Origin: an uncultured bacterium
GTDB taxonomy: Bacteria; Patescibacteriota; Minisyncoccia; Phycocordibacterales; UBA9973
DNA: 64,000 bases
Reading direction: 5' to 3'
Assembly (NCBI GenBank): GCA_937895515.1
Contig: CALAYS010000157.1
Location: 12,462 to 76,461 of the forward strand
The position numbers and the translations under genes were made by a program. Below, piece by piece: positions 17,483-27,273 of this stretch (position 1 is the stretch's first letter; each line of letters opens with the position of its first letter). A model generated the notes under the pieces. It was not told where the DNA came from. It saw nothing but the letters and a program-made list of their open reading frames with translations, and did not search any database.

Positions 17483-18541
17483 ATGCCTACCTTGAAAGAC
17501 AAACAAGTAAAAGGAAGTAAAATCTCTTTTAAACCTAAACAAGTTACAAAAAAACTTATTGGACATCTCCAAGACCGATCTCATGATGTGGTTGTTAGTC
17601 GTTTTGGACTAGGAACTGATTTAGAACATCGAACGCTAGAAGCTATCGGAGCCAAATATGGAATCACTCGTGAGCGCGTTCGCCAAATCGAACATGCGGC
17701 TCTTACTGCAATTCGTAAAAACTCAGCTTTCAAGGAAGAATCTGGTGTATTTTCTGAAATTAAATCTTTAATGAAAGATCTTGGTTCATTAATTGAAGAA
17801 GACGAATTACTAAATACAATTTCTAGTGATAAATCAACTCAAAACCATGTCCATTTTTATTTAGTTCTTGGAGATGAATTCAAAAAAATAAAAGAAGATG
17901 AACATTTTAAATCTCGTTGGCATATCGATGAAGAATTATCTGATCAAGTTCATGTTGCTCTTCATTCATTATACGCATCACTTGGTGATAATGAATTAGT
18001 AACAGAAGGTGAATTTATAACTAAATTTATTGAACACTGTAAAAAAGCAAATACTGAAGTTTTAAATGAAGAAATTGCAAAACGTTACCTTCGTACATCT
18101 AAAAGAATTGCAAAAAATCCACTAGGTGAATGGGGTAAATCAGGAACAAGTGGGGTTAAAACTCGTGGTATCAAAGATTATGCATATTTAATGATGCGCA
18201 AACATGGTTCTCCAATGCATTTTCGTGAAGTAGCAAAAGCAATTTCTGAAACATTTGGTAAGAAAACTCATACTGCAACATGTCATAATGAATTAATCAA
18301 AGACAATCGTTTTATATTAGTTGGTCGCGGTATTTATGCTTTAAAAGAATGGGGTTACAAACCAGGAATTGTTCGAGAAGTCATAAAAGATATTTTAAAA
18401 CAATACGGCCCAATGACTAAAGATGATATAGTTGATCATGTAATGAAAGAAAGATACTTGAAAAAGAATACAATACTTGTAAACCTGCAAAATGCTAAAT
18501 ACTTTAAAAAAGGTAAAAATAATTTATACACACTAGCTTAA
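17483..18541 (+). CDS. sigma-70 region-4-like HTH plus C-terminal HARE-HTH domain protein
   Basis: VVSRFGLG...TLEAIGAKYGITRERVRQIEHAAL matches sigma region 4. PMHFREVAKAI...DNRFILVGRGIYALKEWGY matches the HARE-HTH (RpoE/delta N-terminal) pattern. No sigma region 2 seen. Confidence 0.65.
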   Translation: MPTLKDKQVKGSKISFKPKQVTKKLIGHLQDRSHDVVVSRFGLGTDLEHRTLEAIGAKYGITRERVRQIEHAALTAIRKNSAFKEESGVFSEIKSLMKDLGSLIEEDELLNTISSDKSTQNHVHFYLVLGDEFKKIKEDEHFKSRWHIDEELSDQVHVALHSLYASLGDNELVTEGEFITKFIEHCKKANTEVLNEEIAKRYLRTSKRIAKNPLGEWGKSGTSGVKTRGIKDYAYLMMRKHGSPMHFREVAKAISETFGKKTHTATCHNELIKDNRFILVGRGIYALKEWGYKPGIVREVIKDILKQYGPMTKDDIVDHVMKERYLKKNTILVNLQNAKYFKKGKNNLYTLA

Positions 18542-18550
18542 TAGTGGATA

Positions 18551-18580
18551 AAACCTCCTACAATCTAGGAGGTTTTATGT
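18551..18580 (+). terminator. intrinsic terminator
   Basis: AAACCTCCTA-caatc-TAGGAGGTTT followed by T. Confidence 0.75.
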
Positions 18581-18586
18581 TATAAT
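18578..18586 (+). promoter_or_regulatory. extended -10 TGtTATAAT, 6 nt before ATG 18593
   Basis: Immediately after terminator 18551..18580. Confidence 0.6.
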
Positions 18587-18592
18587 AGCCAT

Positions 18593-19141
18593 ATGTCAGG
18601 AGGTCATGGTTCATCCGGTACACCCACACTACTTATTGTAATAATAAGTGTTGTTTTAATTGGTGCTTTGATCGGTATTTTTTACCCCAAAGGTATTATT
18701 AATAACAAAAAAGTAGTTCCTACTATTGATACGCTTGGCAGAGTCAATGCTGATAAAGTTAAACCCCAAGATAATCGCGAAACTGATGCTTATTATACAA
18801 AAGCCAACATTGATACAAATGTTTGTGGTATTAAAGTTTTTTCACCTTTGCCTGGTCAAAAAGTAAGTTTCCCACTCGAAGTTTCTGGTTATGTAAATGG
18901 TTGTAATTGGGTACCTTTTGAAGGCCAAGTTGGAACAATTGAAATTCGTGATTCTAAAAATGCAATTGCTCCACTAATAATTATTCCTGTTGATGGTGAC
19001 AATTATACTTTGCCAGCTTATTTTAAAGTTAAAATCTCTCCTCAATTTAATCCAATGTCCAGTAATGGAGTTTTGATTTTCCATAATGATGACCCCAGCG
19101 GTGAAAAACCAGAAACATTTCAAGTCCCTATAATTTTTTAA
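18593..19141 (+). CDS. membrane-anchored protein with an Ig-like (Gmad2-like) domain
   Basis: N-terminal TM LLIVIISVVLIGALIGIFY. C-terminal FSPLPGQKVSFPLEVSGYVNG..WVPFEGQVGTIEIRD resembles the Gmad2 fold family. Confidence 0.5.
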   Translation: MSGGHGSSGTPTLLIVIISVVLIGALIGIFYPKGIINNKKVVPTIDTLGRVNADKVKPQDNRETDAYYTKANIDTNVCGIKVFSPLPGQKVSFPLEVSGYVNGCNWVPFEGQVGTIEIRDSKNAIAPLIIIPVDGDNYTLPAYFKVKISPQFNPMSSNGVLIFHNDDPSGEKPETFQVPIIF

Positions 19142-19147
19142 TTTATA

Positions 19148-20407
19148 ATGTTTGAATTTTACTTAGCTAATATAATTTTGGGGATAATAAAAGTTTTATT
19201 GGTTCTTTTACCAATTCCTTTGGCATATATTGCTTATATTATGTGGCACCACTATGTCAGTGAGGATTGGATTTCGGGTATTCAATGGCAGTTACTTGAA
19301 TTAAATATTCCTCAACAAGTTGTTAAGACTCCACTCGCAATGGAAACAATATTAGCAAATGCTTTTTATCATAAATCGGGTAAAGGTCTTTGGGAAGAAT
19401 ATTGGCAAGGTGCGGTTCATTTTTTCTTTTCACTTGAGATAGTCTCTATCGAGGGTCGTGTTCATTTTTATGTAAATACACCCAGCCGTGTTGTACCTTT
19501 AATTAAATCACAAATTTATGCGCAGTATCCTCAGGCTAAAGTCACAGAAGTTGAAGATTATGTTTGGTCAGTACCCAGAATTGGTAAAAAAACTGGTTGG
19601 TCTATGTGGGGTTGTGAATGGACACTAGAGAGAGAAGATCCTTACCCAATCAAAACCTATGTTGATTACGGGCTTGATAAAGTTGTTAAAGATTCTAACG
19701 AACAAGTTGACCCTATTGTTTCTTTGGTTGAATTTCTTTCTACTATTGGTCCAGGTGAACATATTTGGACACAGTTAATTATCCGTTGGTCTAAGAAAAC
19801 TTATGAAGGCGGTCATACTTTTTTAGAAGAATGTGACCGAGTTTTAGCTGATATTGTAAAACCTTATTCTAAACAAAATTTTGATGCTACAACAGGAGAA
19901 TTAACTTCTCTTGAAGTCCGTCCACCAGACTATTTAAAGGACGAAATTACTGCCATTAGTGACAAACAACACAAGCTTTGTTTTGATTGTGGAATGCGTA
20001 CAATTTATCTAGCTAAAGCCGAGGTTTTTGACCAACAGAAGCGCCGAGCTCTTCGTATGATGTACCGCCAATATAATAACCCTGTATTTAATTCTCTAAA
20101 AAGAATCAATGCGACTCAGTATGATAGTCCTTGGGAAGATCCTTTTGATATTGTTTTAACTGTTCGTAAAAATCGAATGCTTGACTGGTATAGATTCCGA
20201 GTATTTTTCCACCCGCCATGGCAATTTGCTTTTAAATACCCATTTCCTTTAAATTTATTCATTGTAACTGACCCACCACAAGTTTTTGTTTTGAATACTG
20301 AAGAAATAGCTACACTATTTCATTTCCCATCTACAATTATGGCTACACCGTCAATTAAACGTGTAGAAACAAGAACAAGTAAAGCTCCAACAAACCTACC
20401 AATATAA
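19148..20407 (+). CDS. hypothetical membrane-anchored protein (419 aa)
   Basis: N-terminal TM hairpin followed by LLELNIPQQVVKTPLAMETILANAF...FSLEIVSIEGRVHFYV...IYAQYPQAKV. From memory this resembles a CPR-wide uncharacterised family. Confidence 0.55.
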   Translation: MFEFYLANIILGIIKVLLVLLPIPLAYIAYIMWHHYVSEDWISGIQWQLLELNIPQQVVKTPLAMETILANAFYHKSGKGLWEEYWQGAVHFFFSLEIVSIEGRVHFYVNTPSRVVPLIKSQIYAQYPQAKVTEVEDYVWSVPRIGKKTGWSMWGCEWTLEREDPYPIKTYVDYGLDKVVKDSNEQVDPIVSLVEFLSTIGPGEHIWTQLIIRWSKKTYEGGHTFLEECDRVLADIVKPYSKQNFDATTGELTSLEVRPPDYLKDEITAISDKQHKLCFDCGMRTIYLAKAEVFDQQKRRALRMMYRQYNNPVFNSLKRINATQYDSPWEDPFDIVLTVRKNRMLDWYRFRVFFHPPWQFAFKYPFPLNLFIVTDPPQVFVLNTEEIATLFHFPSTIMATPSIKRVETRTSKAPTNLPI

Positions 20408-20408
20408 T

Positions 20409-21341
20409 ATGCGTTTCTCTTACATTGTTATTCTTGTTTTTATAGTATTTTCAGTAACTACTGTTTATGTTTTTTTTGCTCCTGTAAATGTAAAAAAAGA
20501 AATAGCAATTGAAATTCCATATGGATCATCTATTAGTAAAACGGGTGATATTCTTAAATCTCAAAAAGTTATTCATTCTAAAGATGCTTATGTATTTTTA
20601 ATTAAAATAATTCACCCCAAAGGTATTGTTGCTGGGCGATATTCTTTTTCAGGTAATATTAATTTGTTTTCAGTTGTTTATAGAACTTCGATAGGGGATT
20701 TTGGGCGTAAACAAGTTCGCTTAACTATACCAGAAGGTTTTACAAATGAAGAAATTATAAACCGAATAAATGCGTTATTTCCAAGTATTGCAAAAACAGA
20801 TATTAAAAATAAACTGCCAAGTGAAGGCTATATATATCCGGAAACTTATTTTTTTGATCCAGAATCAAACATTGATGAGATAACTAATACTTTGGTTACT
20901 AAAAGTACAACTAAATTAACAAATTTAATTAATCCTGTTGGTTTAAACACTGACCAAGCAAATATTATTTTAACAAAAGCATCTCTTGTAGAAGCCGAAG
21001 GCCGAACCAAAGATGAACGCCATATGATAGCTGGAATTATTGAAAATAGGTTAGACATTAACATGCCACTTCAGCTTGATGCAACATTAACTTATTTAAC
21101 TGGTAAAGGCTCTAGCGAATTAACGATTAAAGATTTAAAGAATCCATCACCATATAATACATATGTTCATACTGGTATTCCACCAGCACCGATTAATAAC
21201 CCAGGGGAAGAATCAATAAATGCAGTATTAAAACCTAAAGATTCATCATTCTTATATTATTTGCATGATAAAAATGGTACTATCCATTATGCAAAAACAT
21301 ATCAAGAACATTTGCAAAATAAAAATAAATATTTAAGATAA
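20409..21341 (+). CDS. mltG: endolytic murein transglycosylase MltG (YceG-like)
   Basis: N-terminal TM; ASLVEAEG, IENRL...MPLQLDATLTY, YNTY...GIPPAPINNPG. Confidence 0.88.
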   Translation: MRFSYIVILVFIVFSVTTVYVFFAPVNVKKEIAIEIPYGSSISKTGDILKSQKVIHSKDAYVFLIKIIHPKGIVAGRYSFSGNINLFSVVYRTSIGDFGRKQVRLTIPEGFTNEEIINRINALFPSIAKTDIKNKLPSEGYIYPETYFFDPESNIDEITNTLVTKSTTKLTNLINPVGLNTDQANIILTKASLVEAEGRTKDERHMIAGIIENRLDINMPLQLDATLTYLTGKGSSELTIKDLKNPSPYNTYVHTGIPPAPINNPGEESINAVLKPKDSSFLYYLHDKNGTIHYAKTYQEHLQNKNKYLR

Positions 21342-21347
21342 ACACAT

Positions 21348-22202
21348 ATGAACTTTATAACCCCAAATGACAAAAATTATAGTTTAGTAGACTCGGGCAA
21401 TGGTATGAAGCTAGAGCGTTTTGGCGATGTTACACTTTTAAGGCCAGAACCTGAAGCCATATGGATGCCTAGTAATATTCGGCTTTGGGATAATGCTGAT
21501 TATAAATATGATAGAAATGGTAAAGATAAATGGATTAAATCTAAAAATTCTCCAGAATCTTGGACTATTAACTATGGTGACATTAATTTATTAATTAAAC
21601 CTACAGCATTTAAACACACAGGGCTTTTCCCCGAGCAACTTTCAAACTGGGAATATTTTAAGAAAAATACAAAAGGTAAAAAAGGATTAAAAGTTTTAAA
21701 CTTATTCGGCTATACTGGAGCATTTAGTACTTTGGCTGTTTCTTTGGGGCACAATGTAATTCATGTTGATTCATCTCAAGGTGTAAATGATTGGCTTAGT
21801 AAAAATATTAAGTTGAATAATTTAGACGCGAAAGGATTAAAAATAATTACTGATGATGTAATGCTTTTTGTAAAAAGATTAATCAAGCGTGGTGAAAAAT
21901 TCGACTGGGTTATAATGGATCCACCAGCATTTGGTCATGGAACAGGTAAAGAATTATGGAAAATCGAGCGTGATTTACCAAATTTGATTGATAATGTTAT
22001 GTCAATTTTAACTGATAAACCAGGTGGAATAATCCTTAGTGGGTATTCAGCTGGATATAGCCCAGAATCTTATAAAAATATTCTACTACCTTTTAAGAAA
22101 ATATATGGTGGGGAAGTCGAATCCGGTACAATGACAATAAAAGAAGAATCCACTGACCGGTTCTTAACTCTTGGTATCGTCGCCCGTTGGAGTACAAAAT
22201 AA
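21348..22202 (+). CDS. class I SAM-dependent (rRNA) methyltransferase, RlmI/YwbD-like
   Basis: VLNLFGYTGAFS SAM motif I and IMDPPAFG motif IV. Confidence 0.7.
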   Translation: MNFITPNDKNYSLVDSGNGMKLERFGDVTLLRPEPEAIWMPSNIRLWDNADYKYDRNGKDKWIKSKNSPESWTINYGDINLLIKPTAFKHTGLFPEQLSNWEYFKKNTKGKKGLKVLNLFGYTGAFSTLAVSLGHNVIHVDSSQGVNDWLSKNIKLNNLDAKGLKIITDDVMLFVKRLIKRGEKFDWVIMDPPAFGHGTGKELWKIERDLPNLIDNVMSILTDKPGGIILSGYSAGYSPESYKNILLPFKKIYGGEVESGTMTIKEESTDRFLTLGIVARWSTK

Positions 22203-22204
22203 TC

Positions 22205-22227
22205 ACTTGGAGGTCCGACCTCCAAGT
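22205..22227. other. 11-bp-stem GC-rich palindrome between the methyltransferase gene and mnmA
   Basis: ACTTGGAGGTC-c-GACCTCCAAGT. No flanking T-run, so not an obvious terminator. Confidence 0.6.
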
Positions 22228-22233
22228 AAAAAC

Positions 22234-23322
22234 ATGTTTAAATTTAACTTTTTAAAAAAACAAAATAATAAAAATAAAACAGTTTATGTTGGGCTTTCGG
22301 GTGGAGTGGACTCGGCTGTTTGTGCTGCAATCTTAAAAGACCAGGGTTACAATGTAATTGCTGGGTTTATTAAATCCTGGGCACCAGATGGTTATCCTTG
22401 TCCGGTTGAAGATGATCGCCGAGAATCAATGCGCGTAGCTGCGCATCTAAATATACCTTGGATTGAAATTGACGCCGAAGAATCATATAAAAATAATGTG
22501 GCCGAATATATGATTAATGAATATAAATCTGGCCGTACTCCAAACCCTGATGTATTTTGTAATGCTACTGTTAAATTTGGTACATTTTATGACGCTGTTA
22601 TGGCTCGTGGCGCTGATTATATAGCTACAGGTCATTATGCGAGATTAAGTCAAAATTCAAATATCAAAGGGCAAAATTTAGAAAAAGCAGTAGACCCTTC
22701 TAAAGACCAAAGTTATTTTCTCTGGAATGTAGCATTTAAAAAACTACAAAAAACATTATTTCCTGTAGGTGGTATCCCAAAAACCAAAGTCCGTAAATTG
22801 GCTTTAAAATACAAGCTTCCAAATGCGAATAGACCCGATTCTCAAGGTGTATGTTTTTTAGGCCCAATTGATATGAAAAGTTTTATTATAGATATGCTCC
22901 ATCCACAAAAAGGAGATGTACTAGATGCTAATGGAAACATTATTGGGTCCCATGATGGATCAATTCTTTATACTATTGGCGAGCGTCATGGATTTCATTT
23001 GTTTAAATCATCTCCGGTTCCGCTTTTTGTTGTTGATAAAAATGTAAATGAAAATACAATAACCGTATCAGAGAAATTAGAAGCAACAAAAAATACAAAA
23101 ATTTTATATATCAAAAGCCAAAATTGGTTACCAACTAAACCAAGTCCGGATGAAATTATTGATGCAGTTTTTCGGTATCATGGCGAAATTCATAACGTAA
23201 AATTAAATACAGACGATTCAATTACATTTATAAATGAACCAGTTTTAGTTGCCGAAGGGCAATCAGTAGTATTCTATAAAGGCAATGTTTGCCTTGGTGG
23301 TGGAATAGTAATGTACAATTAA
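22234..23322 (+). CDS. mnmA: tRNA-specific 2-thiouridylase MnmA
   Basis: Start trimmed to ATG 22234. VGLSGGVDSAV PP-loop, NPDVFCN, SQGVCFLG. Confidence 0.92.
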   Translation: MFKFNFLKKQNNKNKTVYVGLSGGVDSAVCAAILKDQGYNVIAGFIKSWAPDGYPCPVEDDRRESMRVAAHLNIPWIEIDAEESYKNNVAEYMINEYKSGRTPNPDVFCNATVKFGTFYDAVMARGADYIATGHYARLSQNSNIKGQNLEKAVDPSKDQSYFLWNVAFKKLQKTLFPVGGIPKTKVRKLALKYKLPNANRPDSQGVCFLGPIDMKSFIIDMLHPQKGDVLDANGNIIGSHDGSILYTIGERHGFHLFKSSPVPLFVVDKNVNENTITVSEKLEATKNTKILYIKSQNWLPTKPSPDEIIDAVFRYHGEIHNVKLNTDDSITFINEPVLVAEGQSVVFYKGNVCLGGGIVMYN

Positions 23323-23338
23323 CGAATTAGGCTATTTA

Positions 23339-23347
23339 TGCTAATAT
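23339..23347 (+). promoter_or_regulatory. extended -10 TGcTAATAT, 7 nt before the alaS ATG 23355
   Basis: Motif and spacing. Confidence 0.6.
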
Positions 23348-23354
23348 AAAATAT

Positions 23355-25238
23355 ATGACGTCAAATGAAATCCGCCAACGTTTTTTAGACTTTTTTGCAA
23401 ATCGAGGCCATAAAATATTGCCTTCAGCTTCACTTGTACCAGAGAATGATCCATCAGTACTCTTTAATACTGCTGGTATGCAACCATTGGTGCCGTATTT
23501 AATGGGTCAAAAGCATCCATTGGGCACACGGCTAGCTAGTTGCCAAAAATGTGTTCGTACAGGTGACATTGATGAAGTTGGTGATAATCGCCATTTAACT
23601 TTTTTTGAAATGCTAGGTAACTGGTCATTGGGTGATTATTTTAAAGAAGAATCTATAGAGTGGTCATACAAATTTTTAACTGATAAAAATGAAGGACTTG
23701 GACTGGACCCAAATCGAATGTATGTAACAGTTTTTGAAGGCGATGAAAACGCTCCGCGTGATAACGAAGCAGTAGAAATTTGGAAAAAATATATGCCCGA
23801 AAACCGCATATATTTTTTACCTGCAAAAAATAACTGGTGGAGTGCTGGGTCAACTGGCCCATGTGGTCCTGATACCGAGATTTTTTATGATGTAAATGAT
23901 GAACCATTAGGTGACATGACACATGATCAATTCGTACAGGCTGATGATGAAGGTCGTGTTGTTGAAATTTGGAACAATGTATTCATGGAATACGAAAGAA
24001 AAATTAAAACTGATAAATTATTTGAGTATGAAAATTTAACTAAACAAGGCCTAGAAATACCAAGTGATTTTTATTTTCTAGTAAATTTACCTAATAAAAA
24101 TATTGACACTGGTATGGGTCTCGAAAGAATAACAATGGTCAAGCAAAACGTTAAAACTGTTTTTGAAACTGATTTGTTTTCGAGTGTTATTAATGCTTTC
24201 ATGTCTAGTCCTGATGTAAAAATAAAAGATGAAAAGTCATTCAGAATCATTGCTGACCACTTAAGAGCCTCTTTTTTCTTGATTGCCGATGGGGTAAAAC
24301 CTGGTAATACTGGTCAAGGATATGTGTTACGCCGCTTAATAAGAAGAATTGTAAGATATATGGATCAGGTTTTGAGTTTAAATGAGAGTACTATTACAAG
24401 CTTAGGACCTAGAGTTATAGACCCTTATATAGATAGTGGTTTTTATCCTGAGATGCTGATAAATTCAGGTAATATTGCTAATATTATAAAAGAAGAAGAA
24501 ACTAAATTTAGAAAAACACTCCAAGAGGGTTTGAAGCAATTAAAAAATATTGCTTATGTTTATGAAAATGGTAAGGAGTCTCCTAAAGTAAAGCGTACAA
24601 GACTTTCAGGATTAGAAGCTTTTAATCTTTTTCAGACTTATGGTTTTCCAATAGAGTTAACCTTAGAAATTTGTAAAGAATGGGGTATTGAAGTAGATCT
24701 AGATGATTTTAATCAAAGGTTTAAAGAACATCAAAAGCTTTCACAAACTGCAAGTGCTGGAATGTTCAAAGGTGGGTTAGCAAATCACAACAAGAAGACA
24801 ATTCAATTACACACAGCACACCATTTACTATTAGCAGCATTGCAACAAGTATTAGGCAAGGGGGTAAAACAGCGCGGTAGTAACATTACCGAGGAGCGTT
24901 TAAGAATCGACTTTATATTTGATCGTAAAATGACCGATGAGGAAAAGAAGCAAGTGGAAGATATTATTAATGAAAAAATCTCTCAAGGTTTAAATGTAGT
25001 AAGACGCGAAATGCCATTAGTAGAAGCTGAAAAATTAGGAGCTGAGATGGAATTCGGCGCAAAATACCCTGAAATGGTTAGTGTATATATGATTGAAGAT
25101 AAAGATGGTAACCATTTTTCAAAAGAATTCTGTGGTGGTCCTCATGTTTCCAATACTAATGAACTAGGCCATTTTAAAATCCAAAAAGAAGAAGCAGTAT
25201 CTCAAGGTGTACGCCGAATAAAAGCAATTTTAGAATAA
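23355..25238 (+). CDS. alaS: alanine--tRNA ligase, short form (627 aa)
   Basis: FLDFFANRGH, FNTAGMQP, WSAGSTGPCGPDTEIF; editing HTAHHLL and CGGPHV. No C-Ala domain. Confidence 0.93.
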   Translation: MTSNEIRQRFLDFFANRGHKILPSASLVPENDPSVLFNTAGMQPLVPYLMGQKHPLGTRLASCQKCVRTGDIDEVGDNRHLTFFEMLGNWSLGDYFKEESIEWSYKFLTDKNEGLGLDPNRMYVTVFEGDENAPRDNEAVEIWKKYMPENRIYFLPAKNNWWSAGSTGPCGPDTEIFYDVNDEPLGDMTHDQFVQADDEGRVVEIWNNVFMEYERKIKTDKLFEYENLTKQGLEIPSDFYFLVNLPNKNIDTGMGLERITMVKQNVKTVFETDLFSSVINAFMSSPDVKIKDEKSFRIIADHLRASFFLIADGVKPGNTGQGYVLRRLIRRIVRYMDQVLSLNESTITSLGPRVIDPYIDSGFYPEMLINSGNIANIIKEEETKFRKTLQEGLKQLKNIAYVYENGKESPKVKRTRLSGLEAFNLFQTYGFPIELTLEICKEWGIEVDLDDFNQRFKEHQKLSQTASAGMFKGGLANHNKKTIQLHTAHHLLLAALQQVLGKGVKQRGSNITEERLRIDFIFDRKMTDEEKKQVEDIINEKISQGLNVVRREMPLVEAEKLGAEMEFGAKYPEMVSVYMIEDKDGNHFSKEFCGGPHVSNTNELGHFKIQKEEAVSQGVRRIKAILE

Positions 25239-25291
25239 AATAAATATCGCTTTTTAAAATATAATTTAATGCTACAATAGAATATATTATT

Positions 25292-26371
25292 ATGTGGTTT
25301 AAATTTAAAAAAGATAAAATTCAAAATAAAAATATTTTATATCTATCAATTGATGGACGCAGTATTGGTATGTCTTTATATAATGGAAACAATCTATCTT
25401 TTACCGACAGAAAAATTTACATAAAAACCGAAACGCATAAACCCATAGAATTACTATTTACAGAATTTTTGAAAGATTTTAAAAATACTCATCCAATTTT
25501 ATTAGATGAAATTTGTGTTATTTTAGAATACCCTTGGGTAAACGAAACCCAAGTTCATATAAAAGAAAAAAGACTTAGCCCTTTTGTTATTACCCAAAAT
25601 GTTATTGATAACTTGGTTAATCGGGATTCCAACGGTGTAATAAACAAAAATAACTCTATCCCATACATATACGAAAAAATAATTATCGACGGGCATATTA
25701 GTAATGACCCAATAGGTAAAACAGTCAATGAAATTGAAATATCTTTAACAAAATTTAATGAAGATACTGATTTTACTTTATTTATTGATAAAAAATTAAA
25801 AGAACTTTGGAATAAAACAAACATAACTTATACCGCAGGCCAAGCTTATATCATAAACATTGCTAAAAAATACAAAGCTCGAAATGATATTTATCTAACA
25901 TTAGGCTCAAACAATACAACTATTCATTTTTATTCAATGGGGGTTATTCATAATGTCGTTAATATCCCGTATGGATTTCGAAATATATTAGAAAGCCTTG
26001 GTTTTAATTGGCAAACATCATCTTTTGAAACTCGGAATTGGCTAAATCTTTTTTTAGACAAAAAACTATCAACAATTGACCACAACAGAATAAATAACGA
26101 TATTCGAATGGCATTTTTACCTTTTATGAATAGTTTTGATAAAATCAATGACGATAGCGTACCCAAAGCCTTAAGACCAATAAAAATCTTTGGTATTAGT
26201 CGAACTTGGAATAGAATTTTTACTTATTTATTATTAGAAGATGAGTATTTTACAAAAGTTTTCCCACATATTAAAAATACTGCTATAATAGACATAGCAG
26301 AGAATCTCCATAATGTTTCTGGAGATAGATTAGTCTCTACATATATAACAAACAAAGAATTAAGTATTTAA
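25292..26371 (+). CDS. hypothetical protein, possibly a degenerate actin-fold (PilM/FtsA-like)
   Basis: 359-aa ORF. YLSIDGRSIGMSLY and YLTLGSNNTTIHFY weakly resemble the phosphate-1 and phosphate-2 motifs. Confidence 0.5.
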   Translation: MWFKFKKDKIQNKNILYLSIDGRSIGMSLYNGNNLSFTDRKIYIKTETHKPIELLFTEFLKDFKNTHPILLDEICVILEYPWVNETQVHIKEKRLSPFVITQNVIDNLVNRDSNGVINKNNSIPYIYEKIIIDGHISNDPIGKTVNEIEISLTKFNEDTDFTLFIDKKLKELWNKTNITYTAGQAYIINIAKKYKARNDIYLTLGSNNTTIHFYSMGVIHNVVNIPYGFRNILESLGFNWQTSSFETRNWLNLFLDKKLSTIDHNRINNDIRMAFLPFMNSFDKINDDSVPKALRPIKIFGISRTWNRIFTYLLLEDEYFTKVFPHIKNTAIIDIAENLHNVSGDRLVSTYITNKELSI

Positions 26372-26376
26372 ATTAT

Positions 26377-27273
26377 ATGGCTAAAATCCAAATGGGCGAT
26401 ATCAAGCCCACTAAAAAAACAATAACTACTAAAAAGGATGAACCTATTTTAAAGATAAAACAAATAGGTAGTAAAAGTGAACCTTTAAAAGAATATAATG
26501 AATACGCTAGTGTTCCCAAAGAATTAAAACCTCAAAATAAAACTAAAAAAAGAATAATAATTACCATAGTAATGTTAATCATTATTTGGGTTATTTTATA
26601 TTTTTTTAGTAGTATCCAAATAACAATAATTCCCAAAAAGACTATTCAAAATGTTAGCCAGCTGGTTAGCTTAACATCTTGGAATTCACCAATAAAAACA
26701 ACAATTATGTCTATTGATGAGCGGGTAGAGGTTTATAATACTGAAGGCCTTAGCGAAGCCAAAATAAAACTTGATGAAAAAATCCGAAGCCGTTTAACTT
26801 ATGATATGCCAAAAGGTTATAAAATGGTGGGCAACTGTAAAAGCGGTATTCATTATGTTGACCCTGTATTTACTGATAAAGCTAACGAGCCTAAATATTT
26901 ATCAGCCAGTACTCATGTTTTAATTTTTGAAAACAAAAGTTTGGAAAACTATTTAGCAAAATTAGCTGAAATTGATAATACCCATGTAAAAGATATTACA
27001 AAAATATCTTGTGAATTAAAAAGCGATATTTCTGGTGACAATATCAAAAGTCAAAATGTGGCCTTTGCTATAAATGGTGATGTGGTACTATTGCCGGACA
27101 TTGATACTAGCTTATTAGTTAATCAATACATTTTTAAAACCCAAAACTTTGTTAAAAAATCTTTATCCGCAAATAATCAAATAGAATCTTATATTCTTAA
27201 AACAAAACCTTTTGCTGTATTTCCAATACTACCTAAAAATCCAAATAGAATTAATTTTGTAGTCAACGAATAA
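26377..27273 (+). CDS. hypothetical bitopic membrane protein
   Basis: Basic N-terminal tail, single TM IIITIVMLIIIWVILYFF, then a 210-aa extracytoplasmic part. Confidence 0.55.
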   Translation: MAKIQMGDIKPTKKTITTKKDEPILKIKQIGSKSEPLKEYNEYASVPKELKPQNKTKKRIIITIVMLIIIWVILYFFSSIQITIIPKKTIQNVSQLVSLTSWNSPIKTTIMSIDERVEVYNTEGLSEAKIKLDEKIRSRLTYDMPKGYKMVGNCKSGIHYVDPVFTDKANEPKYLSASTHVLIFENKSLENYLAKLAEIDNTHVKDITKISCELKSDISGDNIKSQNVAFAINGDVVLLPDIDTSLLVNQYIFKTQNFVKKSLSANNQIESYILKTKPFAVFPILPKNPNRINFVVNE

